From assembly GCA_964384025.1 (NCBI GenBank), contig CAYLJJ010000001.1, positions 103,601-167,600 of the forward strand: a DNA stretch of 64,000 bases. Reading direction: 5' to 3'. A program made the translations under genes and the position numbers. This DNA is from an uncultured Nannocystaceae bacterium (GTDB lineage: Bacteria; Myxococcota_A; Bradymonadia; UBA7976; UBA1532). Every line of letters begins with the position of its first letter. The stretch's first letter is position 1. Below the pieces are notes generated by a model. It was not told where the DNA came from, did not search any database, and saw only the letters and a program-made list of their open reading frames with translations. Below, in pieces: positions 29,286 to 39,012 of this stretch.

Positions 29286-29594
29286 GCTTCTCCCTTAGGG
29301 ATGGCCTCGCTGATCACTGCGTTCACTGGAGACGAGATTGGGAGCGGAGAGAGCAGGTCGCTGGACTTGAGCTGATCTATGAACTCAGGGTCTCAGGCTT
29401 CTTCTAAACTTGCTTTAAGCAGATCGCTTGAAGACATCAGCGATTTTTGGACGTACTTGTCTCGGCCCTGGTGATTGATCATCTTGCTGTCGATCTTGGT
29501 CATCTCATTTTGCTCTCTATCCAGATTGGAACCAGCCCAGCCTCTTCCTCAATACTGCTGAGGAGCAATTCAGAAAAATGAAGGATGAAGGACG

Positions 29595-32500
29595 ATGAAA
29601 CTCAGACTCCTCTCTCTCCTGCTGCTCTCACTCTTCGCCTGTGATGAGGAGACCAGCCTCAGCGCAGCGGATGATCAGGGAGAGACCCTACCCCCAGGTC
29701 GTGACGCTGCCTTCAATGACAACACCCCAGACGCTGGAGAGGAGCGAGGAGATACAGGTCTGGAGCCGAGGCTCTTTGGAGAGCCCTGCCAGAGCCCCGG
29801 AGATTGCTTGATGGGCTACTGTGTTCCTGATCCTCAGGGCCTCCGTGTATGTACTCAGACCTGCTATGACGACGAAAGCTGTCCAGAGCAGTGGGAGTGT
29901 CGCCCAGTCAACAACACCTACCCCGACACCGTCTTTATCTGCGTCGCCGAGCGCCATGTTCAGTGTCTGCCCTGTGAGCATGATGGACACTGTGGCAGCG
30001 GTGAGGATCGCTGCGTCTCTATCGGCAACGGCCTCTATTGCGCTCGAAACTGTGTCACTGAAGCCTGCCCCGAGGGTCACAGCTGTACAGAGATGGAGAT
30101 CGATGGTGAGGCTCTCTCTCTTTGCCGCCCAGAGGGAGAGAGCTGTCGCCCCTGTCGAGACCAGGATGGAGATGGCTATGGTGAGGGAGAGGACTGCGCG
30201 GGCTTTGACTGCGATGATGAGGATCCTCTGATCTATGAGGGGGCTCCTGAGGTCTGCGACTCCAAAGACAACAACTGTAATGCTCTCACAGATGATGCGG
30301 TTGCGATTCCAGAGAGCGTAAGCTGCGGCCAGGTAGGAGTCTGTCAAGGCAGCATCCCTCGATGCGTTCAGGGAGCTTGGAGTTGTGATTATGGCAGCCT
30401 CTACAGCGAGGATGATCAGCGCTGCGATGAGTTGGACAATGATTGCGATGGCTCAGTGGATGAGGATGTGGACTTTGAGGGAGACCTAGAAAACTGTGGC
30501 TTCTGTGGAGAGGTCTGCGCCTTTGACAACGGCTTTCCTGATTGTGAGGAGGGAGTCTGCATTTTGGGGAGCTGTGAAGAGGAGTATTACGATCTGGATG
30601 AGGAGCCCGAGAATGGCTGTGAATACCACTGCAATTTAAGCAATGAGGGCGAGGAGCAGTGTGATGGCATCGACAACGACTGTGATGGGGAGATCGACGA
30701 AGAGACAAATCTCTTGGGAGATTCTCTGAACTGCGGAGGTTGTGGTCAGATCTGCGCCTTCGACTTTGCCCAGGCGCACTGTGAAGAGGGACGCTGCCTC
30801 TTGGCGGAGTGTGAACCTGAGCACTGGGACCTGGATCGAGATCCTGAGAATGGCTGTGAGTATATCTGCCTCTTTGATGCAGAGGAGGACCTCTGTGATG
30901 GCGTTGACAACGACTGTGATGGAGAGCTGGAGGAGGATGCTGATCTACACGGAGATCCGATGAACTGTGGGAGCTGTGGTCACGCCTGCGACTTTGAGTT
31001 CGCCAGCGCCTCCTGCATTGAGGGGGTCTGTGTGCTCCTGGAGTGCGATCCAGGGCATTGGGATCTAGACGCCCAAGCGGAGAATGGCTGCGAATATATC
31101 TGCGCTTTCAGCCCTGAAGATCCTGAGCAGTGTGATGGTATTGACAATAACTGTGATGGTCAGGTCGATGAGGAGTTCAACCTCGACAGCGATCTTCTTC
31201 ACTGTGGAGCCTGTAATCAGCTCTGCGCGCCCGCCTTCGCGCTCCCTCTCTGCGAGCAGGGTCGCTGCCTCTTTGAGAGCTGCCAAGCGGGGCACTACGA
31301 TCTCAACGGCATTCAGGAGGATGGTTGTGAGTATGATTGTCTCCCTACCGAGAGCGCTGAGGAGCGCTGTAATCTCAGGGATGATGATTGTGATGGCCTG
31401 ATCGATGAGGGCTTCGACCTCTCTTCAGATGTCAGCCACTGTGGAGTGTGTGAGCAGATCTGTGTTTACCCCAACGCTCGCCCGCTCTGCCTTGAGGGCG
31501 CGTGTCAGATGGGGGCCTGTGATCAGTTCTTCTGGGACATTGACGGCCTCTCAGAGAACGGCTGCGAGTATGCTTGTGTGATCACCCAGGGGGGACAAGA
31601 GGTCTGTGACGAGATCGACAACGACTGTGACGGTCTCATCGATGAGGGCTTCGATCTCAACAGCGATGTGGAGCACTGTGGGCTCTGCGATCAGGGCTGT
31701 GCTTTTCAGCGAGGGATCCCCCGCTGTCTGGGTGGAGAGTGCCTGTTGGAGGCCTGCGCAGAGGGCTACTGGGATCTTGATGAGGACTCAGATAATGGCT
31801 GTGAATATGCCTGCTTGCTTGACGGAGAGGAGATCTGCGATGAGATCGACAATGACTGTGACGGTCTTATCGATGAGGGCTTTGATCTCAACATCGATCT
31901 TGAGCACTGCGGAGCCTGTGAACAGCCCTGTGAGCCTCTACGGGCAGAGGGTCGCTGTATCGAAGGGCAGTGTACCATCGACCGCTGTGATTCAGGGAGT
32001 TGGGATCTGGATGGAGAGGTGGAGAGCGGCTGTGAATATCGCTGTGGTGAGAGTGGGGAGGAGATCTGTGATCAGCAGGACAATGACTGTGATGGCCTCA
32101 TCGATGAGGGCTTCGATCTAGAGGGAGATCCTCGGCACTGTGGGGTCTGCAACCAGCGCTGTGTTGCTGAGCATGCTGAGCCTCTCTGTCTCCAGGGAGA
32201 CTGTCAACCGGGAGAGTGTGAGCCCAACTGGCACGATCTAGATGGAGCCCCTGGTTGTGAGTACCCCTGTGCTCCGACCCTGGACGGAGAAGAGGCCTGT
32301 GATGAGATCGACAATGACTGCGATGGGGTGGTGGATGAGGGCTATGATCTAGAGCGGGATGTCGATCACTGTGGAGCCTGTGGCCAAGCCTGCCGCTACC
32401 CCTTTGGGGTGGGGGAGTGTCAAGCGGGGAGCTGCGTCCTCATCGCTTGCCACCACGGCTATGTTGATCAAAACGAGGATCCCAACGACGGCTGTGAGTA

Positions 32501-34874
32501 TGGCTGTGTACCCACAGGCTCTGAAAGCTGCGATGAGATCGACAACAATTGCAATGGAGAGATTGACGAGACCTTCCAGTTCCTCACTGACCTCCAGAAC
32601 TGTGGCCGCTGCAATAACGTCTGTTCCTTTGAACATGCGCTCCCAGCCTGTGAGTTTGGACACTGTCGCCTTATGGAGTGTGACCTGGGGCATATCAACC
32701 TCAATGGCCTCTCCCAGGATGGCTGTGAATATGCTTGCCTCGTCGATGGAGCGGAGCGCTGTGATCTACAGGACAATGACTGTGATGGCGCTGTTGATGA
32801 AGATTTCGATCTCCAAACAGACACCATGAACTGCGGTCGATGTGGAGAGATCTGCTTCTTTGACAACGCTACCCCAGAGTGTTTTGGGGGAGAGTGCCGT
32901 ATCGAGAGTTGCCAAGCGGGCTTCTGGAATCTGGATGGTGACTCAGAGAACGGCTGCGAATATCCCTGCTTTGTTACGGAAAATGGTGTTGAGGTGTGTG
33001 ACGAGGCCGACAATGATTGTAATGGCTTCGTGGATGAGGGTTTTGATCTCAGCCGGGATCCAGAGCATTGTGGAGACTGCAATGCTGCCTGCGACCTGCC
33101 CCACGCGGTCTCTGGTTGTCGGGCGGGGAGCTGTGTGATCACGGAATGCGCTCCAGGTCGAGTGGATCTGAACTTGGAGCCGGAGGATGGCTGTGAGTAC
33201 GCCTGCACCCCCAGCAACGATGGTGAGGAACGCTGTGATGAGCAGGACAATAATTGTGATGGAGAGATCGATGAAGGCTTCGATCTCAGCAGCGACCCGC
33301 TCAACTGTGGCCTCTGTGGTATTGACTGTCGGCGCCCCAATGCTCTCGTAGAGTGTGCGCTTGGGAGCTGCCAATTTCTGGGCTGTGAGGAGCATTATTG
33401 GGATCTGGACGGCAACGCGGCCAACGGCTGTGAATATGCTTGCCAGCGACAGGGAGCTGAGGATCTCCCTGATCTGATGGGCCTGGACAGCAACTGTGAT
33501 GGCATCGACGGCGACATTCAACATGCCCTCTTTGTTTCTCCCGCTGGAGATGATGAAGGCCCTGGCAGCATGGAGCGGCCCCTCCGCAGCTTAGGCGTCG
33601 CTATTACCCAAGCCTACGCCGATGATGAGATTCAACAGGTCCTTGTCTCTCGGGGTGTTTACCGAGAGGCGCTCCAGCTCAAAAACGCCGTCCATCTCTT
33701 TGGAGGCTATGATCACAGCCAGCGTTGGCTTCGCGATCTTGAACTCTATGAGAGCCGTATCGAGAGCGATTCGATCCCTGTACAAGCGTTCCTCGTCGGT
33801 GAGGAGACCTACTTTCAGGGCTTCACCATTGAAGATATCCATCTGGGCGCAGAGGGGCGCTCCAGCTACGCAGTTCATATCTCCTTTGGGGATGGTTTGA
33901 TCCTGGAGGCTTGTCGCATCATCGCTGGACCTGGTGGTTTTGGAGCTGATGGCATCTCAGGCAGCAATGGAGCCAATGGAGCTCGTGGGGGCGATGGACA
34001 GAGTGGCTATAATGATGGCAGCAGTGGTGGCTATGGTGGTGCTGGAGCGAGCAGCAGCTGTGGGGCAACAGGAGGAAGGGGAGGACGAGGAGGCTACGGA
34101 AATAATAGAGGGAGTGGAGGAGGCTCAGGTGGTGGGATTATGGGGGCTCCGGGTGGACCGGGCGGTGCCCCAGGGACAGACAACTGCTGGTCTGGTTGCA
34201 GTCACTCCGATCCGGGCTGTGGCCCCGGCCAATCGGGCTCGGGCTGCACAGGCAATCTCCTCAGTGGAGGCTCTGGGGGCTCTGGACAACAGGGCGCTGG
34301 AGGAACGGGCGAGGGTCAACTGGATGGGCTCTACTGGGTTGGCTATGTGGGGCAGGATGGCGTTGATGGAGTACATGGCAGCGGCGGAGGTGGTGGGGGC
34401 GGTGGTGCTGGCAATGACTGCTGCTTAGATGATCGAGGCGGCGGCGGTGGGGGCGGCGGCGCGGGTGGCTGTGCTGGCACCCGAGGTCGTGGAGGTCACG
34501 CGGGTGGAGGAAGCTTTGGCGTCTTTATCTACCACGCCAACCCTGAGGTTCGAGACAACCTGATCATCACCGCTGGGGGGGGCTCTGGTGGTGACGGTGG
34601 CGATGGAGGTCTTGGTGGAAATGGTGGTTTAGGAGGCGCTGGCGGCCCTCGTCGAGATGATGGCAACCGTGGAGGTTCTGGGAGCAGTGGAGGTCGCGGT
34701 GGTCGTGGTGGCTGCGGTGGTGGTGGCGCGGGGGGTGTCTCCTACGGCATCTACCGCGTTCAGGATGCCGAGCCGATCCTCAGCGGCAACAGCTTTGAGA
34801 TCGGCCCTGGTGGTCAGGGTGGCAGCAGCTGTCGGCATCCAGGTGAAGAGGGAGACTCTGGAGAGCTGCTCTAG
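29595..34874 (+). CDS. giant secreted/lipoprotein: 13 tandem Cys-rich MopE-like modules, a DUF1565-like beta-helix N-cap and a Gly-rich C-terminal region
   Basis: Signal and lipobox LLSLFAC. 13 copies of a ~70-aa, 8-Cys module ExCDxxDNDCDGxxDEgfDLxxDxxNCGxCGxxCxfxxAxxxCxxGxCxxxxCxxGxwDLDgxxENGCEYxC. Then HALFVSPAGDDEGPGSMERPLRSLGVAITQAYADDEIQQVLVSRGVYRE (beta-helix cap-like). Then a ~330-aa GGxGG-rich region. Confidence 0.85.
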   Translation: MKLRLLSLLLLSLFACDEETSLSAADDQGETLPPGRDAAFNDNTPDAGEERGDTGLEPRLFGEPCQSPGDCLMGYCVPDPQGLRVCTQTCYDDESCPEQWECRPVNNTYPDTVFICVAERHVQCLPCEHDGHCGSGEDRCVSIGNGLYCARNCVTEACPEGHSCTEMEIDGEALSLCRPEGESCRPCRDQDGDGYGEGEDCAGFDCDDEDPLIYEGAPEVCDSKDNNCNALTDDAVAIPESVSCGQVGVCQGSIPRCVQGAWSCDYGSLYSEDDQRCDELDNDCDGSVDEDVDFEGDLENCGFCGEVCAFDNGFPDCEEGVCILGSCEEEYYDLDEEPENGCEYHCNLSNEGEEQCDGIDNDCDGEIDEETNLLGDSLNCGGCGQICAFDFAQAHCEEGRCLLAECEPEHWDLDRDPENGCEYICLFDAEEDLCDGVDNDCDGELEEDADLHGDPMNCGSCGHACDFEFASASCIEGVCVLLECDPGHWDLDAQAENGCEYICAFSPEDPEQCDGIDNNCDGQVDEEFNLDSDLLHCGACNQLCAPAFALPLCEQGRCLFESCQAGHYDLNGIQEDGCEYDCLPTESAEERCNLRDDDCDGLIDEGFDLSSDVSHCGVCEQICVYPNARPLCLEGACQMGACDQFFWDIDGLSENGCEYACVITQGGQEVCDEIDNDCDGLIDEGFDLNSDVEHCGLCDQGCAFQRGIPRCLGGECLLEACAEGYWDLDEDSDNGCEYACLLDGEEICDEIDNDCDGLIDEGFDLNIDLEHCGACEQPCEPLRAEGRCIEGQCTIDRCDSGSWDLDGEVESGCEYRCGESGEEICDQQDNDCDGLIDEGFDLEGDPRHCGVCNQRCVAEHAEPLCLQGDCQPGECEPNWHDLDGAPGCEYPCAPTLDGEEACDEIDNDCDGVVDEGYDLERDVDHCGACGQACRYPFGVGECQAGSCVLIACHHGYVDQNEDPNDGCEYGCVPTGSESCDEIDNNCNGEIDETFQFLTDLQNCGRCNNVCSFEHALPACEFGHCRLMECDLGHINLNGLSQDGCEYACLVDGAERCDLQDNDCDGAVDEDFDLQTDTMNCGRCGEICFFDNATPECFGGECRIESCQAGFWNLDGDSENGCEYPCFVTENGVEVCDEADNDCNGFVDEGFDLSRDPEHCGDCNAACDLPHAVSGCRAGSCVITECAPGRVDLNLEPEDGCEYACTPSNDGEERCDEQDNNCDGEIDEGFDLSSDPLNCGLCGIDCRRPNALVECALGSCQFLGCEEHYWDLDGNAANGCEYACQRQGAEDLPDLMGLDSNCDGIDGDIQHALFVSPAGDDEGPGSMERPLRSLGVAITQAYADDEIQQVLVSRGVYREALQLKNAVHLFGGYDHSQRWLRDLELYESRIESDSIPVQAFLVGEETYFQGFTIEDIHLGAEGRSSYAVHISFGDGLILEACRIIAGPGGFGADGISGSNGANGARGGDGQSGYNDGSSGGYGGAGASSSCGATGGRGGRGGYGNNRGSGGGSGGGIMGAPGGPGGAPGTDNCWSGCSHSDPGCGPGQSGSGCTGNLLSGGSGGSGQQGAGGTGEGQLDGLYWVGYVGQDGVDGVHGSGGGGGGGGAGNDCCLDDRGGGGGGGGAGGCAGTRGRGGHAGGGSFGVFIYHANPEVRDNLIITAGGGSGGDGGDGGLGGNGGLGGAGGPRRDDGNRGGSGSSGGRGGRGGCGGGGAGGVSYGIYRVQDAEPILSGNSFEIGPGGQGGSSCRHPGEEGDSGELL
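30415..33460 (+). repeat. 13 tandem ~210-bp coding repeats (diverged, roughly 60-70% identical by eye) inside the giant gene
   Basis: Recurrent blocks tgtgatgg..gacaatgactgtgatgg...ctgtgg..ggctgtgaatat at ~210-bp spacing. They generate many spurious overlapping ORFs on both strands. Confidence 0.8.
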
Positions 34875-34910
34875 CTTCTCTTTGCTTTGCCTCTCGACAG
34901 GGCTCAATCT

Positions 34911-34938
34911 GCTCAAAGTTTTGAGCAACTTATTTTCC
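34911..34938 (+). terminator. possible intrinsic terminator after the giant gene
   Basis: Hairpin gctcaa-agtt-ttgagc followed by aacttattttcc. A second GC hairpin ggggagaag..cttcccc follows. This lies between the giant gene stop and the likely kinase start at 35006. Confidence 0.3.
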
Positions 34939-35005
34939 AGTGGGGAGAAGAGATTGCTTCCCCTCAAACCTCAAGCTACGGTCTCCCAATCCAAGGGAGA
35001 CTCGA

Positions 35006-36814
35006 ATGCCTACAAAGAGCACAATTTTATCCCGAGTCGGCCAGGACGCTCTGCTCTTCTTGAAGACCATTCAGGATGAGATCGCCGAAAGCCGCACCCC
35101 CTACGCCAGCGATATTCGTCGATTTATCGAGCGAGGCCTAAGCCTTAAATTCCCAGAATACATACAGTTCCTTGAAAAGTATGGTTTCTTGAGCTATCAG
35201 CGCCGAGGAGATGTTCTCTCTCTGACCCGTGCCGGTGAGGAGATCGTGGATGGGAATGAGGGCCGACTGGCAGGTCTCATCGAGGATGCTGATTACCACT
35301 TTGGGGATCGCCTTGAGAAGCTGGAGTTGAAGGAGGTCCCAACTCAGGGGCAGCGTCTGGATGAGCGCTACCTTCAGTTTGAGTCGGTGGGCAGTGGAGG
35401 CTTGGGGAGTGTCTGGCGAGGGGCTCAGCTCAGCATCGATCGTCCAGTGGCGATCAAGACCCTGGATGGGCTCTTTGATCTCTTCCCTGGCGATCAACAC
35501 GAGACCGTCCTTCGTCGATTGGAGATGGTGATACGAGATCACGCGCGTCTGATCAGCCCCTTTATCGTGCAGATCTTGGATCAGAACCCTCGACATGAAC
35601 CGCCCTACTTTGTAATGGAGCTGGCTCAGGGGGGGAATCTCCGACGCCTGCTCAGCAAAGGCCCCCTGGCTGCACCCATCGCCATCCGTTACCTTATTCA
35701 GATCTCCATCGGACTCCAGGCCGCTCACGCTGAGGGTCTCCTTCATCGAGACCTACGACCTGAGAATGTGCTCTTCGATGAAAATGGCAACATCAAGTTG
35801 AGTGACTTTGGCATCACTCGGGTCGCTGAGCGAGACGCCGGGAATATGCGGCAAGCTTATGTGGGCTATGGCTCTGTAGGCTATATGGCTCCTGAAAACT
35901 TCCGTCGAGGAGCTCGTCCCCAGCCCAACGCAGATATCTACTCTCTGGGGATCCTGCTCTATGAAATGCTGGTGGGTGAGCTGCCGGGGAGACGCTCTCC
36001 CATGCCCAGCGAGGTAGCCGCAGGAGTACCCCAAGATCTCGACGAACTCTTTGACGTGATGACCCAGGATTATCCAGATCGTCGTCCTGGCAGCATAGAG
36101 GAGGTCTTGGAGATGATCTGGCGCTCAGACTCCATCGTCGCGCTCCTGGATCCTCGTCAAGCTCCCCTCTTCTCTAGCCCCCCACTGCCCCTCCCGGGCC
36201 TGGAATCCAAGCCCACACACTCAGAGGGTCGGCGCGTGGGTGGAGGACAGAACTCTCGTAGAGAATCTAACCCCCGCCGAGAGTCTGCCCGTCATGAGAC
36301 AGAAGGCTCCAGCGCTCCTCGTCACGAAGCGCGGAGAGCGAGCAGCTCTCATAAGGCGACCCAACCTCCCAGGGTGATCGAGCCTCCGCTCAGCTCTACA
36401 TCTCCGACGAGTTCTGAGGTGGAACCCCAGAATCTTCAAGAACCTGAGGTGCGTGGAAGAGCCCCTAGAGCCAGAGCTGTGCTTAGATCTCGAAACGCAG
36501 AGAGTTCAAGAGCCCCTCGCCCCAGCCGCTCTCGGACCTCCCTTCCGCGCATCCCTGAAATTGAGCCGCATGAGGAGGAGATCCTACCACGGGCTCAGGC
36601 GATCCCTGCGACAGAGCCCATACTCACAGATGATGAACTCTTTCAGGAGACCTTGGCGCGTTTGGGAGAGGATCCTGAAGCAGATTTAGATGAGAGCATC
36701 GAGGTTCTCGATGTAGAGCTGATGGAGGAGGAGGAGTTGCGTAGCTCTTCAGAGCGCCGACGAGAGCAGACTCGTGCTGAGATCAACGCTCGCCTCAACC
36801 GTTTACGCAAGTAG
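35006..36814 (+). CDS. Ser/Thr protein kinase with an N-terminal ~130-aa unknown domain and a basic, disordered C-terminal tail
   Basis: Kinase motifs VGSGGLGSVWRG, HRDLRPENVLFDENGNIKLSDFGI, APE. I start at ATG 35006 (MPTKST) with AAGGGAG 6 nt upstream. The track GTG at 34940 sits inside the putative terminator hairpin. Confidence 0.8.
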   Translation: MPTKSTILSRVGQDALLFLKTIQDEIAESRTPYASDIRRFIERGLSLKFPEYIQFLEKYGFLSYQRRGDVLSLTRAGEEIVDGNEGRLAGLIEDADYHFGDRLEKLELKEVPTQGQRLDERYLQFESVGSGGLGSVWRGAQLSIDRPVAIKTLDGLFDLFPGDQHETVLRRLEMVIRDHARLISPFIVQILDQNPRHEPPYFVMELAQGGNLRRLLSKGPLAAPIAIRYLIQISIGLQAAHAEGLLHRDLRPENVLFDENGNIKLSDFGITRVAERDAGNMRQAYVGYGSVGYMAPENFRRGARPQPNADIYSLGILLYEMLVGELPGRRSPMPSEVAAGVPQDLDELFDVMTQDYPDRRPGSIEEVLEMIWRSDSIVALLDPRQAPLFSSPPLPLPGLESKPTHSEGRRVGGGQNSRRESNPRRESARHETEGSSAPRHEARRASSSHKATQPPRVIEPPLSSTSPTSSEVEPQNLQEPEVRGRAPRARAVLRSRNAESSRAPRPSRSRTSLPRIPEIEPHEEEILPRAQAIPATEPILTDDELFQETLARLGEDPEADLDESIEVLDVELMEEEELRSSSERRREQTRAEINARLNRLRK

Positions 36815-36815
36815 A

Positions 36816-37613
36816 TCAGTGGCCTCCAAAGCGGGGGCTGCGTCCCTCCAGGAGCGCATTGACCGCCTCCTGATGATCCTGGGTATGTTGAGCGAGCGCT
36901 TGATAGCTTGCGGCCAACTCCAGGGCCCGATCCAGATCCATATCCCAGCTTCGATAAGCGCTGCGTTTGCTGAGTTGCATGGCGATAGGAGCACTCTGAG
37001 CCAACTGCTCGCCGTGCCGTCGTGCCTCTGTGCTCAGCTCCTCAGAGGGGACTCGATGATGGATCAAGCCGATCCGCTCCGCTTCTCTGGCTTCGATCAC
37101 CCGTCCGGTGAGCATCAATTCCAACGCTCTGGAGAAGCCCACGGTACGAGAGAGCAGGTAGGCACCTCCATCTCCTGGGACCAAACCCACACGGACAAAA
37201 GTAGAGCCAAAGATCGCCTCCTCCGAGGCGATCCGAATGTCGCACATACAGGCCAGATCTAAGCCAGCGCCGATGGCGGCTCCATTGATGGCGGCGATGA
37301 TCGGTTTGTCAAAGAGGGCCAAGCGCCTTGGAATGCGTTGTAGACCTCGGATGTAGTTCCCCCGCAGCTCCGTTGGATCCCCTGCGAACATCCCCTCTCG
37401 CGCCCTCATCTTCTTGAGATCACCCCCTGCGCAGAAGCTCTCCCCCTCTCCGGTGAGGATCAAACAGCGGATCTCGGGATCCTGCTCAGCTTGCTCCAGA
37501 GCAGCTAAAAGCTCCTCCACCATCTGTGTATTGAGAGCGTTGCGTGCCTCGCTCCGTTTGAGCACAAGCCACAACAAGGGGCCTTCCTGCTGATATCCAA
37601 TCTGCGTGTACAT
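36816..37613 (-). CDS. enoyl-CoA hydratase/isomerase (crotonase family)
   Basis: Crotonase signature LILTGEGESFCAGGDLK. Oxyanion-hole region AAINGAAIGAGLDLACMCDIRIA. Confidence 0.85.
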   Translation of the reverse strand: MYTQIGYQQEGPLLWLVLKRSEARNALNTQMVEELLAALEQAEQDPEIRCLILTGEGESFCAGGDLKKMRAREGMFAGDPTELRGNYIRGLQRIPRRLALFDKPIIAAINGAAIGAGLDLACMCDIRIASEEAIFGSTFVRVGLVPGDGGAYLLSRTVGFSRALELMLTGRVIEAREAERIGLIHHRVPSEELSTEARRHGEQLAQSAPIAMQLSKRSAYRSWDMDLDRALELAASYQALAQHTQDHQEAVNALLEGRSPRFGGH

Positions 37614-37782
37614 ATCCCTCCATGGCTCAGTACAGAGTTTTGGGTCCAGCCTGAGCGCTCAGACATGATAACGGAGGGATCCCTCTAGATAAAACGAGAT
37701 TGAATCTTTCCAGTAGATTTTCAGGACATTTTGATCTCCCTCCAGATCAGGCATGGTGTGACAAACTTCGAGGAGATCTTCA

Positions 37783-38988
37783 GTGAACAAGGGGTGGTTG
37801 TGCCCAGCCGGTGAAATGCAGAGAGGGAAGCTCGCCCACATCTTAAGCAGCTGCTTTGCGGTCAGCGATGAGGAATCCCTGAACTGGTTTAAGAGGCTGG
37901 GAGAGGAGAATGTTCGAGTTGCCTTGCGTTTAGGTGAGGTGCAGGGGGGGATGGTATTGCTCCCGATGTTCCAGTACTTCGGTGGCAGACCCATCCCGAT
38001 GATGGGGGTGGCTGGGGTAGGAGTCTCTCCCTGTTATCGTCGCCAAGGTTTGGCTAAGAAGATGATGAAGCAGGCGTTGCTGGAGGCTCATGAGCGGGGC
38101 TTTGCTCTCTCCAGCCTCTACGCATCCAGCTTGGCCCTCTATCGCCACTCGGGCTATGAGCTGGCGGGGGGACGTTATAAGGTTCAGATCCCCGCTGAGT
38201 TGATCAAGGTCAAGGGTGACACAAGCAGGATCCAGGAGCTGGAAGAGGCGGATTTTGAAGCGGTCAAAGAGGTTCATCAGCGCTTCGCTGAAGCGGGCAA
38301 CGGCCAACTGGGACGCCCTGAGGCGCTCTGGCGTCGAGCACGCTTTGAGCGAGATGGGCGTCCCCTCTTTGGCTATGGCTATAGAACTGCGAAGGGTCTG
38401 GAGGGCTACCTCTATCTGCGAACGGAGCGTCAGCCCGGAGAGATGCACCATCTGCTCAAGCTGACCGACTTTATCGCTCTCAATGAAGCCGCAGCGCGAG
38501 GGCTCTGGGCCTTACTGAGCAACCACGCGACTACAGCATCGAATGTCCACTGTTTCCTCTCTCCCTGGAGCCTACCCCCTATGGTCTTAGAGGAGCGGCA
38601 AGCCCTCAAGACGCGGTTACTGGACACTTGGACTCTGCGGATCCTCAACATCCCTCTGGCCCTAGAATCACGCGGCTACCCCAAAGCGGTCTCTGGACGA
38701 GTCTCTCTTCGGATAAAAGACAAGCAGCTCTTCCAAAACAACCGCGCTTGGGTTTTGGATGTCGATAGGGGAGTTGCCCAGGTAAAGGTGGATGCTGAGC
38801 TTCCGTCACGCCTGAGATCATCCCATCCAGTCTTTTTGGGACCCAGGGGGCTCTCTGCCCTCTTTAGCGGTCATATGAACCCATTTCAGCTTAAAGCCCT
38901 GGGTTTTTTGGATGGAGAAGATCGAGACCTACTGACACTCCAGCTTCTCTTTGGAGGACCTCAACCCTGGATGATCGATATGTTTTGA
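37783..38988 (+). CDS. Eis-like GNAT acetyltransferase (tandem GNAT plus SCP2-like C-terminus)
   Basis: GNAT core GMVLLPMFQYFGGRPIPMMGVAGVGVSPCYRRQGLAKKMMKQALLEAHERGFALSSLYAS. ~400-aa length and C-terminal region are consistent with the Eis/SCP2 architecture. Confidence 0.6.
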   Translation: MNKGWLCPAGEMQRGKLAHILSSCFAVSDEESLNWFKRLGEENVRVALRLGEVQGGMVLLPMFQYFGGRPIPMMGVAGVGVSPCYRRQGLAKKMMKQALLEAHERGFALSSLYASSLALYRHSGYELAGGRYKVQIPAELIKVKGDTSRIQELEEADFEAVKEVHQRFAEAGNGQLGRPEALWRRARFERDGRPLFGYGYRTAKGLEGYLYLRTERQPGEMHHLLKLTDFIALNEAAARGLWALLSNHATTASNVHCFLSPWSLPPMVLEERQALKTRLLDTWTLRILNIPLALESRGYPKAVSGRVSLRIKDKQLFQNNRAWVLDVDRGVAQVKVDAELPSRLRSSHPVFLGPRGLSALFSGHMNPFQLKALGFLDGEDRDLLTLQLLFGGPQPWMIDMF

Positions 38989-39012
38989 ATAAAACTTAGA
39001 AATAACTCAAGA

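Noticed and set aside
30415-33460. Regular ~210-bp periodic repeats, considered as a possible CRISPR array or satellite
   Set aside because: The period is far longer than CRISPR repeat-plus-spacer units, there are no short identical direct repeats, and the units are in-frame protein modules with conserved Cys positions.
29688-34428. More than 20 track ORFs on both strands inside the giant gene (e.g. 29688-30347 -, 32468-33340 -, 32943-33524 -, 33934-34428 +)
   Set aside because: They lie within a long GC-rich repetitive coding region whose plus-strand frame is continuous for 1759 codons with coherent domain structure. The alternate-frame products are low-complexity (Ser/Arg/Ala-rich) and typical of stop-poor high-GC DNA.
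33934-34874. Gly-rich C-terminal region of the giant protein as an RTX/haemolysin-type Ca-binding repeat
   Set aside because: No GGxGxDxUx nonapeptide periodicity. The region is GGxGG/GGAGG low-complexity and more like a beta-helix or Gly-rich linker.
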